A stretch of 63,877 bases of DNA, the filler included, from Octopus bimaculoides (taxonomy: Eukaryota), in NCBI RefSeq assembly GCF_001194135.2. It is 4 parts of 4 records of this genome, joined end to end, with 100 filler letters (N's around TTAATTAATTAA, not from the genome) between each part and the next. Parts side by side here need not be neighbours in the genome. Positions count along the whole stretch, not along the records: positions 1 to 26,002 come from NC_068997.1; positions 26,103 to 47,125 come from NC_068985.1; 2 more parts are not named here. One strand, given 5' to 3'. Shown here piece after piece: positions 24,915 through 36,984 of this stretch. The notes under the pieces are model-generated. The model worked only from the letters and a program-made list of their open reading frames with translations. It was not told the DNA's origin and did not search any database. A program made the translations under genes and the position numbers. Every line of letters starts with the position of its first letter. Within the stretch, counting starts at the first letter, position 1.

Positions 24915-25935
24915 ACCTTTTTCTGGTCTTGGTGTCCATCTTCTTCATTTCTCTCTTTTGCCATTTTATAATTTCCGCTCCATACTGAAGTAATACTATC
25001 ACCCACATATTAACTGTTTGGATTTTATTCCATCCAGTCAATTTTGAGCGAAACATCAACCTCAGTCTTCGGAAAATACTCCATCCTCAGTTGCGCTTTC
25101 ATTCCCTTTTCCATTATCTCGTTGAACCCCAGTACACCAAGGTATTTGTATCCATCCGTTTCAATTTGTTTAAAGTCTTTATTCGGTAATTCTATCCCTA
25201 TTAGTGACGATACCTTGCCTCTTTTTAGGTAGATTAATCCGCACTTCTATTCTATTCTAATATCAGTGCTAAAACAGTGGATCATGTTCACCAAAGAAAT
25301 CACTTGTGTCTCATCTTTGCCATACAGTTTCAAATCATCCACGAAGAGGTGGTGGTTGATTGTTTGGGATTTTCCCTTTAGTTGGTACCCCAAGTTCATT
25401 TTCCTAAGCACCAAGGTTAGAAAACAAAAAACAACGGAGATAGGTTATCATCCCGGAAAATCCATCTTCTGATATCCAGGGCGCCCAAGCTTTTCCCGTA
25501 AGATGTCAGTTCAGATTTCTATCCCACCATACTTCTCTTCAGGAAACACGTTACATTCCTTGCTATTCCAAATAGATCTAAGCACTCGATGATCCACGAA
25601 TATGGAATCATATCATAAGGTTTGCAATAGTCAATCCAGGCCATTCCAAGATTTGTTCTCCTTCGTTTACAATTTCGCATTACCATTTTGTCTATCAATA
25701 TTTCATCTTTGGTACCTATGCATCTCTTTTTACGGCCTTTTTGTTCCGTCGGTAATATATCGTTCTCATCAAGAAATTTATACAGTTGTTCAGCAATTCA
25801 TCCTGACAGTAACTTCCACATTAATAGGAAGCAGAAAATTGGTCTGTAATTATCAGCAGAATTTCCCTTTGATGCATCTCTCAGGCACAACACTCTTCGT
25901 CCTTTTGTCAACCAGCCCGAGATTTCTTCTCTATT
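24915..25935 (-). pseudogene. R4/Dong-like non-LTR retrotransposon RT domain, decayed
   Basis: [79 protein letters not shown]. Confidence 0.88.
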
Positions 25936-25938
25936 GAT

Positions 25939-26002
<64 letters not shown>

Positions 26003-26102
26003 NNNNNNNNNNNNNNNNNNNNNNNNNNNNNNNNNNNNNNNNNNNNTTAATTAATTAANNNNNNNNNNNNNNNNNNNNNNNNNNNNNNNNNNNNNNNNNN
26101 NN
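26003..26102. other. Artificial assembly spacer 44N-TTAATTAATTAA-44N (also 47126-47225 and 59540-59639)
   Basis: Identical 100-bp layout three times; the 12-mer gives stop codons in all six frames. Confidence 0.97.
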
Positions 26103-26480
26103 TATATATATTTGTAAGTCCTGGTATTTTTGTTATGTATTTGTCTGAATATTTTTTTATTATACCTAAGGCACCTACTATGATAGGAATTGTTTCTGTT
26201 TTTAGATTCCACATTCGAGTTATCTCTATTTCCAGGTCTTTGTATTTTGAAAGTTTTTCCATTTCTTTTAGAGAAACGTTGTCATCTGCTGGTATTGATA
26301 CATCAATTAGAAAGCATTTTTTTCTTCATGATCTTTGACAACTATATCTGGTCTATTTGCCTTAATTTCTCTATCTGTGTGTATTGGCATATCCCAGAGT
26401 ATGGTTGCTTTCTCGTTTTCTGTGACCTTTTCTGGCGTGTGTTTATACCATTGACCTTTTCTGGCGTGTGTTTATACCAT
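26103..26480 (-). pseudogene. R4/Dong-like restriction-like endonuclease (PD-D/ExK) C-terminus; separate 5'-truncated copy inserted in (TAA)n
   Basis: WYKHTPEKVTENEKATILWDMPIHTDREIKANRPDIVVKD..LIDVSIP..KEMEKLSKYKDLEIEITRMWNLKTETIPIIVGALG; 5' end abuts (TTA)n at 26481-26617. Confidence 0.9.
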
Positions 26481-26539
26481 CTTATTATACCATCTTATTA
26501 TTATTACTATTATTATTTATACCATCTTATTTTTATTAC

Positions 26540-26617
<78 letters not shown>

Positions 26618-27190
26618 NNNNNNNNNNNNNNNNNNNNNNNNNNNNNNNNNNNNNNNNNNNNNNNNNNNNNNNNNNNNNNNNNNNNNNNNNNNNNNNNNNN
26701 NNNNNNNNNNNNNNNNNNNNNNNNNNNNNNNNNNNNNNNNNNNNNNNNNNNNNNNNNNNNNNNNNNNNNNNNNNNNNNNNNNNNNNNNNNNNNNNNNNNN
26801 NNNNNNNNNNNNNNNNNNNNNNNNNNNNNNNNNNNNNNNNNNNNNNNNNNNNNNNNNNNNNNNNNNNNNNNNNNNNNNNNNNNNNNNNNNNNNNNNNNNN
26901 NNNNNNNNNNNNNNNNNNNNNNNNNNNNNNNNNNNNNNNNNNNNNNNNNNNNNNNNNNNNNNNNNNNNNNNNNNNNNNNNNNNNNNNNNNNNNNNNNNNN
27001 NNNNNNNNNNNNNNNNNNNNNNNNNNNNNNNNNNNNNNNNNNNNNNNNNNNNNNNNNNNNNNNNNNNNNNNNNNNNNNNNNNNNNNNNNNNNNNNNNNNN
27101 NNNNNNNNNNNNNNNNNNNNNNNNNNNNNNNNNNNNNNNNNNNNNNNNNNNNNNNNNNNNNNNNNNNNNNNNNNNNNNNNNNNNNNNNNN

Positions 27191-28470
27191 TCAGTCGACA
27201 AAAAAACTGCCGAGAAGTACCTCGAGACCTTCAAGTAGATCATCGAGGACAAGGGACAGAAGCCGGAACGTACATCATGAAGGACGCAGTCAGAGCCCTA
27301 GCATTTAAGGCACAGAAGGACAGAGTGATTCTAATTACGTGTGGCAAAGCTGTTGGCTTCATGATGAAGCCAGGACTTATCTACAAGTCCGCGAACCCGA
27401 GGGCCTTCAAAAATAAGAATAAAAATCTGCTGCCTGTTCGCCGGATGTACAACCTCAAGGACTAATTACCAAAAGTCTAACTTTGAACTGGTTCCACCAA
27501 TGCTTCATCACACAAGCCAAGGAATAGCTCCAAAACGTTTGCGTGGAATTCAAGACATTGCTTGTTATAGATAATGCTGGCGGTCACTCTTTGGATTTGA
27601 ATCACGAGGTAGTTCAAGTCGAGTTCCTCCCTGCCAACACCACCTCCCTCATCCAGCCTACGGATCAAGGCGTGACCCGTCCTTCAAGGCACTTTACCCA
27701 TAGAACTCTCTCCAACACCTTGTGGACGCAATGGATTCGGACGAGAATTTCAAGTTAAAGGAGTACTGGCATAATTTCACGATCACAACGTGCCTGTCAG
27801 TCATGCACGCTACTCTTAAGGACATGAAAAAAGAAACCTTCATTGCATGCTGGAAAAAGGTGTGACCAGAGTGTGTCCCAGGACTACGAGGGATTCTCAC
27901 CTGAAGATATTCAACACGAGACTGTCATCAATGTGGTGAAACTGGCAAAGGTACTTGGTGGCGAAGGTTTTGATGACATCGCACAAGATGAGGTCAACGA
28001 CCTCATCGATGCCCACTCTGAAATCCTGACAGCGAAGAGGAGGAGGAAGCGCCAGATCCAGAGGAAAATGAGATGAGCTTGGCAATCGAACGTCTGTCCG
28101 ACCTTTTAAGGACAGCAAAGGAATTGCAAGGGAAGGCGAAAGCATGGGATCCCTATATGGTTCGGTCTCTCCACAAGATGTCTGCCATGCAGACACATAA
28201 AACAACTCTCCTCACCACCATGAAGAAACAACGACAGCAACTTCTCAACTTCCCACAATGTTCCTCAAGCCCACCAAGAAAGCCTTACACGAAGATAGGA
28301 CATCCTCTAAAGCACTTGAAGAAAAGGTGTCACCTGAAGGGCTTTAAATTTTCTTTGCTGTGCAGTCATTACTGTCATTGTTTTCATCATTCTCGTTCGT
28401 CTTAAAGGAATATCATTCATTATTGGTAACAGTACATTTTATTTTTATTTTTATTAAATTATTATTACAT
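27191..28470 (+). mobile_element. Tigger/pogo (CENP-B-like DDE_1) transposon, decayed; 5' part lost in gap
   Basis: FKAQKDRVILITCG..KPGLIYKSANPRAFKNKNKNLLPV..LLVIDNAGGH..VEFLPANTTSLIQPTDQGV. Confidence 0.92.
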
Positions 28471-28729
28471 AATATATATATATATATATANNNNNNNNNN
28501 NNNNNNNNNNNNNNNNNNNNNNNNNNNNNNNNNNNNNNNNNNNNNNNNNNNNNNNNNNNNNNNNNNNNNNNNNNNNNNNNNNNNNNNNNNNNNNNNNNNN
28601 NNNNNNNNNNNNNNNNNNNNNNNNNNNNNNNNNNNNNNNNNNNNNNNNNNNNNNNNNNNNNNNNNNNNNNNNNNNNNNNNNNNNNNNNNNNNNNNNNNNN
28701 NNNNNNNNNNNNNNNNTATATATATAAAA

Positions 28730-28830
28730 TTCTTTACTACCCACAAGGGGCTACACACAGAGGGGACAAACAAGGACAGACAAACGGATTAAGTCGATTA
28801 CGTCGACTCCAGTGCGTAACTGGTACTTAT
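28730..28830 (-). mobile_element. SINE A 3' tail (tail type 1)
   Basis: Reverse complement of the tail of the 8411-8645 copy. Confidence 0.85.
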
Positions 28831-29068
28831 ATATATATATATATTATAATTTATTATTATTACTATCAGGAAATCAATATTAGAAAATTCTTCAGAAAGA
28901 TATATACGAGTGTAAAATAATTGTTATATTAAATATATAAATATATATAAATATATGTAAATATATGTAAATATGTATAATTATAAATATGAGACATATG
29001 CCCGTACATAAACTCAGATCGAGGTATACTCAGTAATACTCGCATACACGCACGCGCTGATACCCATG

Positions 29069-29131
<63 letters not shown>

Positions 29132-29569
29132 GTGATAGGGATATACATACATGTCTATGTGCAAACATATACGCATGTTCGCATACTCATGATACATACA
29201 TATAGATGAATACGGGATATTGTAAGTTGACTGATAAGGAATGAATGAGAAATGTAATTAAAAAAAAACAGATGCATGAATCTTATTGTAATTCTTATTG
29301 TATTGTGGACAATCAGTGTGGGCTAGGGTTATTGGATAGTCAGCGGTGGGTGGAATAGCGTTTGAAGGTTGCAAATAAAATAAGATAAATGAAGCCATCT
29401 GAGGATAGCCTGTCAGTACTGTGAGTCTGATATGGTAAGCTGTGGGGGAAGAGTTAAACATCAACTGGTTTATATTGGAGTTGGCTAGAGAAGAATAAAA
29501 TATTAAAGTAGTAAAATATTACTGAAAGAGCATGCTTATTAGCAATAAATGAAATATTTATATATAGGC

Positions 29570-29616
<47 letters not shown>

Positions 29617-30344
29617 GAGTATATGCATATATATGTACATGTATGTACATACCTTCATCTACATGTATATATAGATGCATATCTGGGTACATGACATTGC
29701 AAAAAAACATGGACAAAATGATAAACAAGGTACAAAAAACACACAGGCCACATAGAGAACATATCCTTCATCAGCTGCCACCATTATAACACTGGCGTTT
29801 CGAAGAGTTAGGGCAGGACGCATCGTTAAAATGGCTCTTCCCACGGACACAAATTAAATTTGTTCCATGGAGGNNNNNNNNNNNNNNNNNNNNNNNNNNN
29901 NNNNNNNNNNNNNNNNNNNNNNNNNNNNNNNNNNNNNNNNNNNNNNNNNNNNNNNNNNNNNNNNNNNNNNNNNNNNNNNNNNNNNNNNNNNNNNNNNNNN
30001 NNNNNNNNNNNNNNNNNNNNNNNNNNNNNNNNNNNNNNNNNNNNNNNNNNNNNNNNNNNNNNNNNNNNNNNNNNNNNNNNNNNNNNNNNNNNNNNNNNNN
30101 NNNNNNNNNNNNNNNNNNNNNNNNNNNNNNNNNNNNNNNNNNNNNNNNNNNNNNNNNNNNNNNNNNNNNNNNNNNNNNNNNNNNNNNNNNNNNNNNNNNN
30201 NNNNNNNNNNNNNNNNNNNNNNNNNNNNNNNNNNNNNNNNNNNNNNNNNNNNNNNNNNNNNNNNNNNNNNNNNNNNNNNNNNNNNNNNNNNNNNNNNNNN
30301 NNNNNNNNNNTGTGTGTGTGTGTGTGGGGGGGGGGTAATATACA

Positions 30345-30720
30345 CTCCCTTATATACCCGCATATATAAGTTAATAGAAGGTTCGAATAGAGTGGGTAAC
30401 AACGTATGGAGATAAGGTGAAAAGAGTGATAACGTATGATAAAACCGTATTTAACTAAATACCTTTAATATAGAATAAGAAATCTGGTAAGGTAAGTATA
30501 TAAATTTAGTTCAACTGGTGTATAATTATAATGGGCATAATATAAATCATAAGCTAGGTGGGGTGTAGAAACAGGAATTAATGGAGGAGAGTAACGTAAG
30601 AGTCAACAAATACAAAAATATATATAAATAGTATGATGATAAGTAATTATGCAAATTATATTACGTGCGCTACATGTTATTGGAAAAATATTAGATGGCT
30701 ATGCAGAGGTATTTGCCTTC
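30345..30720 (-). mobile_element. Inverted copy of the PLE 3' UTR/pLTR found at 36240-36600
   Basis: Reverse complement aligns by eye at roughly 75-80% with 36240-36600 (ATAGCCATCTAATATTTTCCAATAA; CTTACGTTACTCTCCTC; TAATTATACACCAG; CACTCTATTCGA). Confidence 0.8.
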
Positions 30721-30958
30721 CTGAATTCGGAACGATCACCTTAATCTCCATACATTTGTTCTAAATAGTGTCATTAAGGTGATCTCTATTAGAATTTCAT
30801 GTCTGTCTGTAATTAAAGCAATATTTAACAACCATGCCACTTATTACAATCAGGTTCTATTAGCTAGCGATTTCCGCCACCAAATAGAATTCTTATCTAA
30901 CACTAGACTTAATAATTCCTTAGCACAATTAGATCCTTATTCTAGGCACCTAAAAACA
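30721..30958 (+). pseudogene. PLE (Naiad-like) RT thumb region
   Basis: NSVIKVISIRISCLSVIKAIFNNHATYYNQVLLASDFRHQIEFL resembles SIPKSISRRISKLSSNEEIFNNAAPYYNEALKxSGYxHKIEY. Confidence 0.6.
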
Positions 30959-31767
30959 ATGAACTCCCAACTAGAGATAGGAACACTCAAACCAATACCA
31001 CATAGCCATAGCATATAACTTACTGAACGTGCCCAACTACCTTTTCCTCACTCGTATAATCATGAACTCCCAACTAGAGATAGGAACACTCAAACCAATA
31101 CCACATAGCCATAGCATATAACTTACTGAACGTGCCCAACTACCTTTTCCTCACTCGTGNNNNNNNNNNNNNNNNNNNNNNNNNNNNNNNNNNNNNNNNN
31201 NNNNNNNNNNNNNNNNNNNNNNNNNNNNNNNNNNNNNNNNNNNNNNNNNNNNNNNNNNNNNNNNNNNNNNNNNNNNNNNNNNNNNNNNNNNNNNNNNNNN
31301 NNNNNNNNNNNNNNNNNNNNNNNNNNNNNNNNNNNNNNNNNNNNNNNNNNNNNNNNNNNNNNNNNNNNNNNNNNNNNNNNNNNNNNNNNNNNNNNNNNNN
31401 NNNNNNNNNNNNNNNNNNNNNNNNNNNNNNNNNNNNNNNNNNNNNNNNNNNNNNNNNNNNNNNNNNNNNNNNNNNNNNNNNNNNNNNNNNNNNNNNNNNN
31501 NNNNNNNNNNNNNNNNNNNNNNNNNNNNNNNNNNNNNNNNNNNNNNNNNNNNNNNNNNNNNNNNNNNNNNNNNNNNNNNNNNNNNNNNNNNNNNNNNNNN
31601 NNNNNNNNNNNNNNNNNNNNNNNNNNNNNNNNNNNNNNNNNNNNNNNNNNNNNNNNNNNNNNNNNNNAATGAACTCCCAACTAGAGATAGGAACACTCAA
31701 ACCAATACCACATAGCCATAGCATATAACTTACTGAACGTGCCCAACTACCTTTTCCTCACTCGTGT
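30959..31767 (+). repeat. 103-bp tandem repeat (VNTR); three sequenced copies, more probably collapsed in gap 31160-31668
   Basis: Near-identical units start at 30959, 31062 and 31669 (ATGAACTCCCAACTAGAGATAGGAACACTC..CTCACTCGT). Confidence 0.95.
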
Positions 31768-31825
31768 GAAATATAATCATGAAGATATTCATTGAGAAAT
31801 ATATCCAGAAATATAATCCTGAAAA

Positions 31826-31960
31826 TAAAGCGAAAGAGGTAGTGTGATGGACGAAATTGAAAGGACAGAAGACAGATATTTTCCTCTTCAGCCAAGCCCT
31901 CATCGATTTTTTCAAGTTGCACATGGAAAGCAAAGTGAGGGTGGAGAGGGAAACCTGCCA
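31826..31960 (+). mobile_element. Inverted ~130-bp fragment of the Tx1 ORF2 C-terminus
   Basis: Inverted copy of 32235-32368 with about a dozen substitutions. Confidence 0.85.
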
Positions 31961-31964
31961 GCCA

Positions 31965-34925
31965 CCTATTCACCTACCGATCGAGTATATGACGAATAAC
32001 AATAACAATTATCAATACAATAAAACAATAAAAAAAAGTCCTCAAAAGCGAGGAGTTCTTCACAGGAGCAACCGATGAACTCCAAATATCCTGGTTAACC
32101 CGACCGCCAGATGCATATCGGTACCTCTCTTTCTCAACTCCCTCCGTTTACACGCGAATGTTCAAAGTAGGCCCATTCACACGGGCAATCCTCCCCACAT
32201 CCACCCACCTTTTAACAAAAATACTGGGTGGTGGGGAAGAGCTTCCCTTTCTACCCTCACTTTCCTTTTCACGTGCAACTTGAAAAAATCAATGAGGGCT
32301 TGGCCGAAGAGGAAACTATCTGTCTTCTGTCCTTTCAATCTCGTCCATCACACTACCTCTTTCGCTATAGCCACCAGACAGAGGAAAATGGCCTTTCCTT
32401 CCCGGCCAAAAGAAGGCGATGGAGCGATCTTCACGATGGACTCGGCTGATAATAGGATCCGTCCGACAAAGCACCACAAGTCAGTAATGCACNNNNNNNN
32501 NNNNNNNNNNNNNNNNNNNNNNNNNNNNNNNNNNNNNNNNNNNNNNNNNNNNNNNNNNNNNNNNNNNNNNNNNNNNNNNNNNNNNNNNNNNNNNNNNNNN
32601 NNNNNNNNNNNNNNNNNNNNNNNNNNNNNNNNNNNNNNNNNNNNNNNNNNNNNNNNNNNNNNNNNNNNNNNNNNNNNNNNNNNNNNNNNNNNNNNNNNNN
32701 NNNNNNNNNNNNNNNNNNNNNNNNNNNNNNNNNNNNNNNNNNNNNNNNNNNNNNNNNNNNNNNNNNNNNNNNNNNNNNNNNNNNNNNNNNNNNNNNNNNN
32801 NNNNNNNNNNNNNNNNNNNNNNNNNNNNNNNNNNNNNNNNNNNNNNNNNNNNNNNNNNNNNNNNNNNNNNNNNNNNNNNNNNNNNNNNNNNNNNNNNNNN
32901 NNNNNNNNNNNNNNNNNNNNNNNNNNNNNNNNNNNNNNNNNNNNTAATACACTATAGAACTCCATAGTGAAACTTCCACTCACCACGTTGCTTGATTGGC
33001 AGAAAGCTGTGAGCGCATGCCGATACTCCAGGTGCCAGGCGCCCTTTCTTGGTCTATGCTTGATCCAGGACTGTAGCTCCGTCAATGAGACGAGCTGCGG
33101 ACCACACCTGCTCACCGTTAAGAAAACGCTGGAGATGTCACAGCTTCAGTGCGTGTCTGCGCATCATTAGCCACGGCATGCCCAGTCCTCCACTCAGCGA
33201 CTGTTGACAGAAGATGGACCGCCTGACAAGCGGAACACGTCCCTTCCACACAAAGTGGAAAAGCAAGCGTTCCAGCTTGATTAGGCACGAAGCAGGGCAA
33301 GGGACGATGGTCAGGCGGTAGTAGATGACGGAACAGATGGTGCTGTGCATTGCAGCAATCCAGCCTCTGAAAACGAGACCGAAGCCAGCCGTCGCGACGG
33401 CAACCTCAAAGTATTGATGGTCGACCCTGTTAAAAGCATTTGATTGATCCAAATTGATCAGAGCCCCACCCATGCCAGGTTCCTTCCCTACCCTCTCTAT
33501 GATGTAGCACTTGAGTAGGAGGTTGTAGAAAAATCTGTTCGGGATAGCGCATGCCTGCGCGTCACCGACAAGCACCAATCTCTTGGTCAACACCTTGGTC
33601 AAAATCTTATAATCTGCATTCAGTAGAATTAGGGGCCTAAAATTATCTATTTGATCCCTCCTGTTCGGGTCCTTTCTCAGCAGCATCACCACACCATGGC
33701 TCACAGTACTGGGAATTCTCCCGTTCTGATCTCGTATGTACCAGGTCCGGGAAGATCATCCGTACCTCGAGATCCACACCTTTCCTAAACAACGCTGCCA
33801 CTCAGCCCTGCCATCCATTCCTGGTCGACTAAGAGATGAGTAGATCTCAAAATCGTCGAAAATGGGGGCTAGTTCGTGTGTGTCGGAAATCCTGGTTTCG
33901 CTGACGGCTGTCACATCCAGGCCACGTGACCCCAGGCCACGAACATTTACACAACCCACTCTAATCAATTCCATGTCGGTCGAAAAGAGCTGCGAGAATA
34001 GAAGAAGAGCGAGGTTACTTAACCTGCCGGTGCTGTTGGTGGCCGGATGGCCTGGACTCCGGATCTGGTTGGAGTTTCTCTTGGAATCCCTTTAAAAGTC
34101 TTTTGGAGGCTATTACACTGGGAGTTCCCACGACGTATGGGAAGACCTCCCGAATGTTTCTGTACGTTGTTGGTGGGATACGCACTAACAACAGCTCTTC
34201 CGGCACTGTCAGAGGGTTGGTGTCATGTATTGCTCTCTCACTCACAATCTCATTATTTCGAACTAAGAGGGCCATGAAATCTTTATTTGCTCTCCTCACT
34301 AGCACAAAATCCAGTGTCTGAGAATTTAACAGTTCTTTCGAAACTTTTGGAGGCGAGGTGGGGTTGTGGTGGTATTAGTTGTACTGGTGGTGATAGCTTT
34401 TGTTGTGTTAATGGTTGGTGAGTTGGAGGGGTTGTTGCCCGATGTTTCTGTTGGTGTGAATCCAGATGTTTTTTCTCTTGCGCTTTCATTTTGATTGTTT
34501 TGGGCCCCTTTTGTTCCTCTTCATCTTTACTTCGTGATATGTAGGAATCAGAGTCTGTGTAATCCGTCCCCGATAAGGGGAGAGAGGGAGATAGGGAGCT
34601 GGATTGAAGAAAACCCTGGGTGGTCCCTTCGGTTGAAATGCTTGTCCATTTTGATGGTAATAGTGGTGGTGATTCTATTGGCGCTACTACTGCTGCTGCT
34701 GTTTCTGATGCTGGCTCTTTTTCTGTTGCTGTGTGTCCTTCCGCCTCAGATGCAACCACCGCTGTGGTTCTGCCTTGGGATGTTGATGTAGCATCACTCC
34801 TTTTTTAAAAATGTTCTTGTGGATGTTGTTGTTGTGGCAATGGCTCTCTTATCTCTTGTTTTTGTTTTGTGGGCAGAACACCCGTAAATGATTTAATATT
34901 CTACAAACATAGCATCTCGAACATT
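31965..34925 (-). mobile_element. Tx1/L1-clade non-LTR retrotransposon, decayed, with ORF1 and internally deleted ORF2
   Basis: ORF1 zinc knuckle CYVCRILNHLRVFC (~34920-34880); APE start VGCVNVRGL..AVSETR (33974); RT NFRPLILLNADYKILTKVL..LDQSNAFNRVDH; C-terminus AIAKEVVWWTRLKG..KRW; T-rich 3' UTR. Confidence 0.9.
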
Positions 34926-35078
34926 GCTCCCCCCCCCCCCNNNNNNNNNNNNNNNNNNNNNNNNNNNNNNNNNNNNNNNNNNNNNNNNNNNNNNNNNNNN
35001 NNNNNNNNNNNNNNNNNNNNNNNNNNNNNNNNNNNNNNNNNNNNNNNNNNNNNNNNNNNNNNNNNNNNNNNNNNNNNN

Positions 35079-35145
35079 AAAACGTTAAGACGGATGAAAT
35101 GCTGCTAAGCATTTTGCCCGGCATGCTAAGGATTCGACAACAGTA
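35079..35145 (-). mobile_element. SINE A head fragment
   Basis: GCTAAGCATTTTGCCCGGCATGCTAAG is the reverse complement of the SINE A head. Confidence 0.7.
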
Positions 35146-35169
35146 ATAATAACAATTATATTAATAATG

Positions 35170-35244
<75 letters not shown>

Positions 35245-35255
<11 letters not shown>

Positions 35256-36600
35256 CAGTAACAGTAGTACTAGTTATAGTAATAGAGAATAAACCACCAA
35301 CAATGTCAATAATGTCGGATTTACTTTCTATCAAGAAATGGAAACACCTATGCCCTCTATCGTCAATACTTATAACAGTGGTATAGATGGCGTGACTCAT
35401 ATGTGAAGAGCCTAATTAATGGACCTAAATTAACCTCTAGACATTTTAATCATAATAATAGTAGTGCACTCAACGGAAAGATTACTTAGCCAAATACCTC
35501 CAATTATAATTTCGAAAAGCAGGATAAATGTCCTCTACAAGTTCACTGCAAAAGGTTTAACGTAGTTTACAAGTCTTCAGTACTAAATAGGACCCAAAAC
35601 TCTACCAAGATTTATATCGGAGCTACTGTTCTATTGATTTTAAACAAAAATACTCTGTGCATTTTAATTCATTTAAACATGAAATGCATGGTAAATCGCC
35701 TTCGCTAGCAGACCATATATACTACATTAGGAATAGAAATATACCCCCAAGACATAAATTGGTACATCATGGACTCGGGCCCTCCATACCAAGGTTAAAA
35801 CACTCCGTGCTGGTTATGTTTTAAGGAATCTATACAGATACTCTCGCATAACTCAGCACAATTATCAAATGAACAACACGAGGCATTATACTCTTTTGTT
35901 CATAAATTTTTCAAACATTTAAATTCTACCACAAATCTAAATGCAGTAAGACAACTGCCTCTGTATAGCTATTTAAAACTTTATTTTCATTGATATAGCA
36001 TTAGCTCACTTAATTAAATTAATGCTTTTACCCTATCATCATATTCTATTTTATTTTATTCTATGGACATTTACTTCATCCTTCTCCTCCAATTCATATT
36101 TCTATACCTCACCTACCTCGTAATTTATGTAATATCAATTCAATTGCAGCACAATTATTAAACAAGCACCACGAACATTTCTCCTCTTGTGTTCATAAAT
36201 TCACCAAGGCTTTAGATTTCACCACAATTCTAAATTAAGTAAAACAACTACTTCTGTATAGCCATCTAATATTTTCCAATAATATGTAGTTCAGGTATGA
36301 TATTAGCTCACTTAATTAACTTAGCATATTTACCTTTCATCATACGCGTCTATAATATATTTTGTTTTTCTTGACCCTTACGTTACTCTCCTCTATTAAT
36401 TCCTATTTCTACACTCCATATAGCTTATAATTTATATAATACTTGTTATAATTATACACCAGCTAAACTAAATTTATATAACTTACCTTGTCAGATCTCT
36501 TCTATACTCAACATATTAATTACGGTTCTATCATTCGTTGTCACTCTATTTTCCTCATCCCCATATGTTATAATTCACTCTATTCGAGCCTACAGCTAAG
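35245..36600 (+). mobile_element. PLE (Naiad-like) linker, GIY-YIG endonuclease and partially tandem-duplicated 3' end (pLTR)
   Basis: MPSIVNTYN..KQDKCPLQVHCKRFNVVYKSSV..TKIYIGAT..FKQKYSVHFNSFKHE..SLADHIY..NWYIMDSGPPY..PCWLCFKE. The ~285-bp segment 35853-36135 recurs at 36138-36430 (LLNKHHEHFSSCVHK). Confidence 0.85.
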
Positions 36601-36668
<68 letters not shown>

Positions 36669-36984
36669 CAACGCGCATTAACATGCTTGGGATGCAAGGC
36701 CAAGGAAAAAAGCGGCTGCAAATATACCGCCTGCACTGACCTGTAATCCTCATACTAGCAACATATGCAAGCTTCTGTGCAAATCATTGGCGGGACTCAG
36801 GTTTTGCATTCTACATAAGTATTATGACTGACAAGGGAAGTTTGGGTTGTCGGATCTGCGTACGTCGAAACCGATAGGAGAGTCCATCATGTATATATAA
36901 AACTAAGAACTTATACATGATAGACACACTTACGATAGGCTTTTAACTGATTCTATTACACAAAAATACAGACGCTATTCCCCA

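Noticed and set aside
29755-29810. Minus-strand GAAAC..CTGATGA (type II hammerhead order)
   Set aside because: Stems I and II cannot be formed.
30959-31767. CRISPR-like array
   Set aside because: The units are contiguous 103-bp repeats without unique spacers, in a eukaryotic context with no cas genes.
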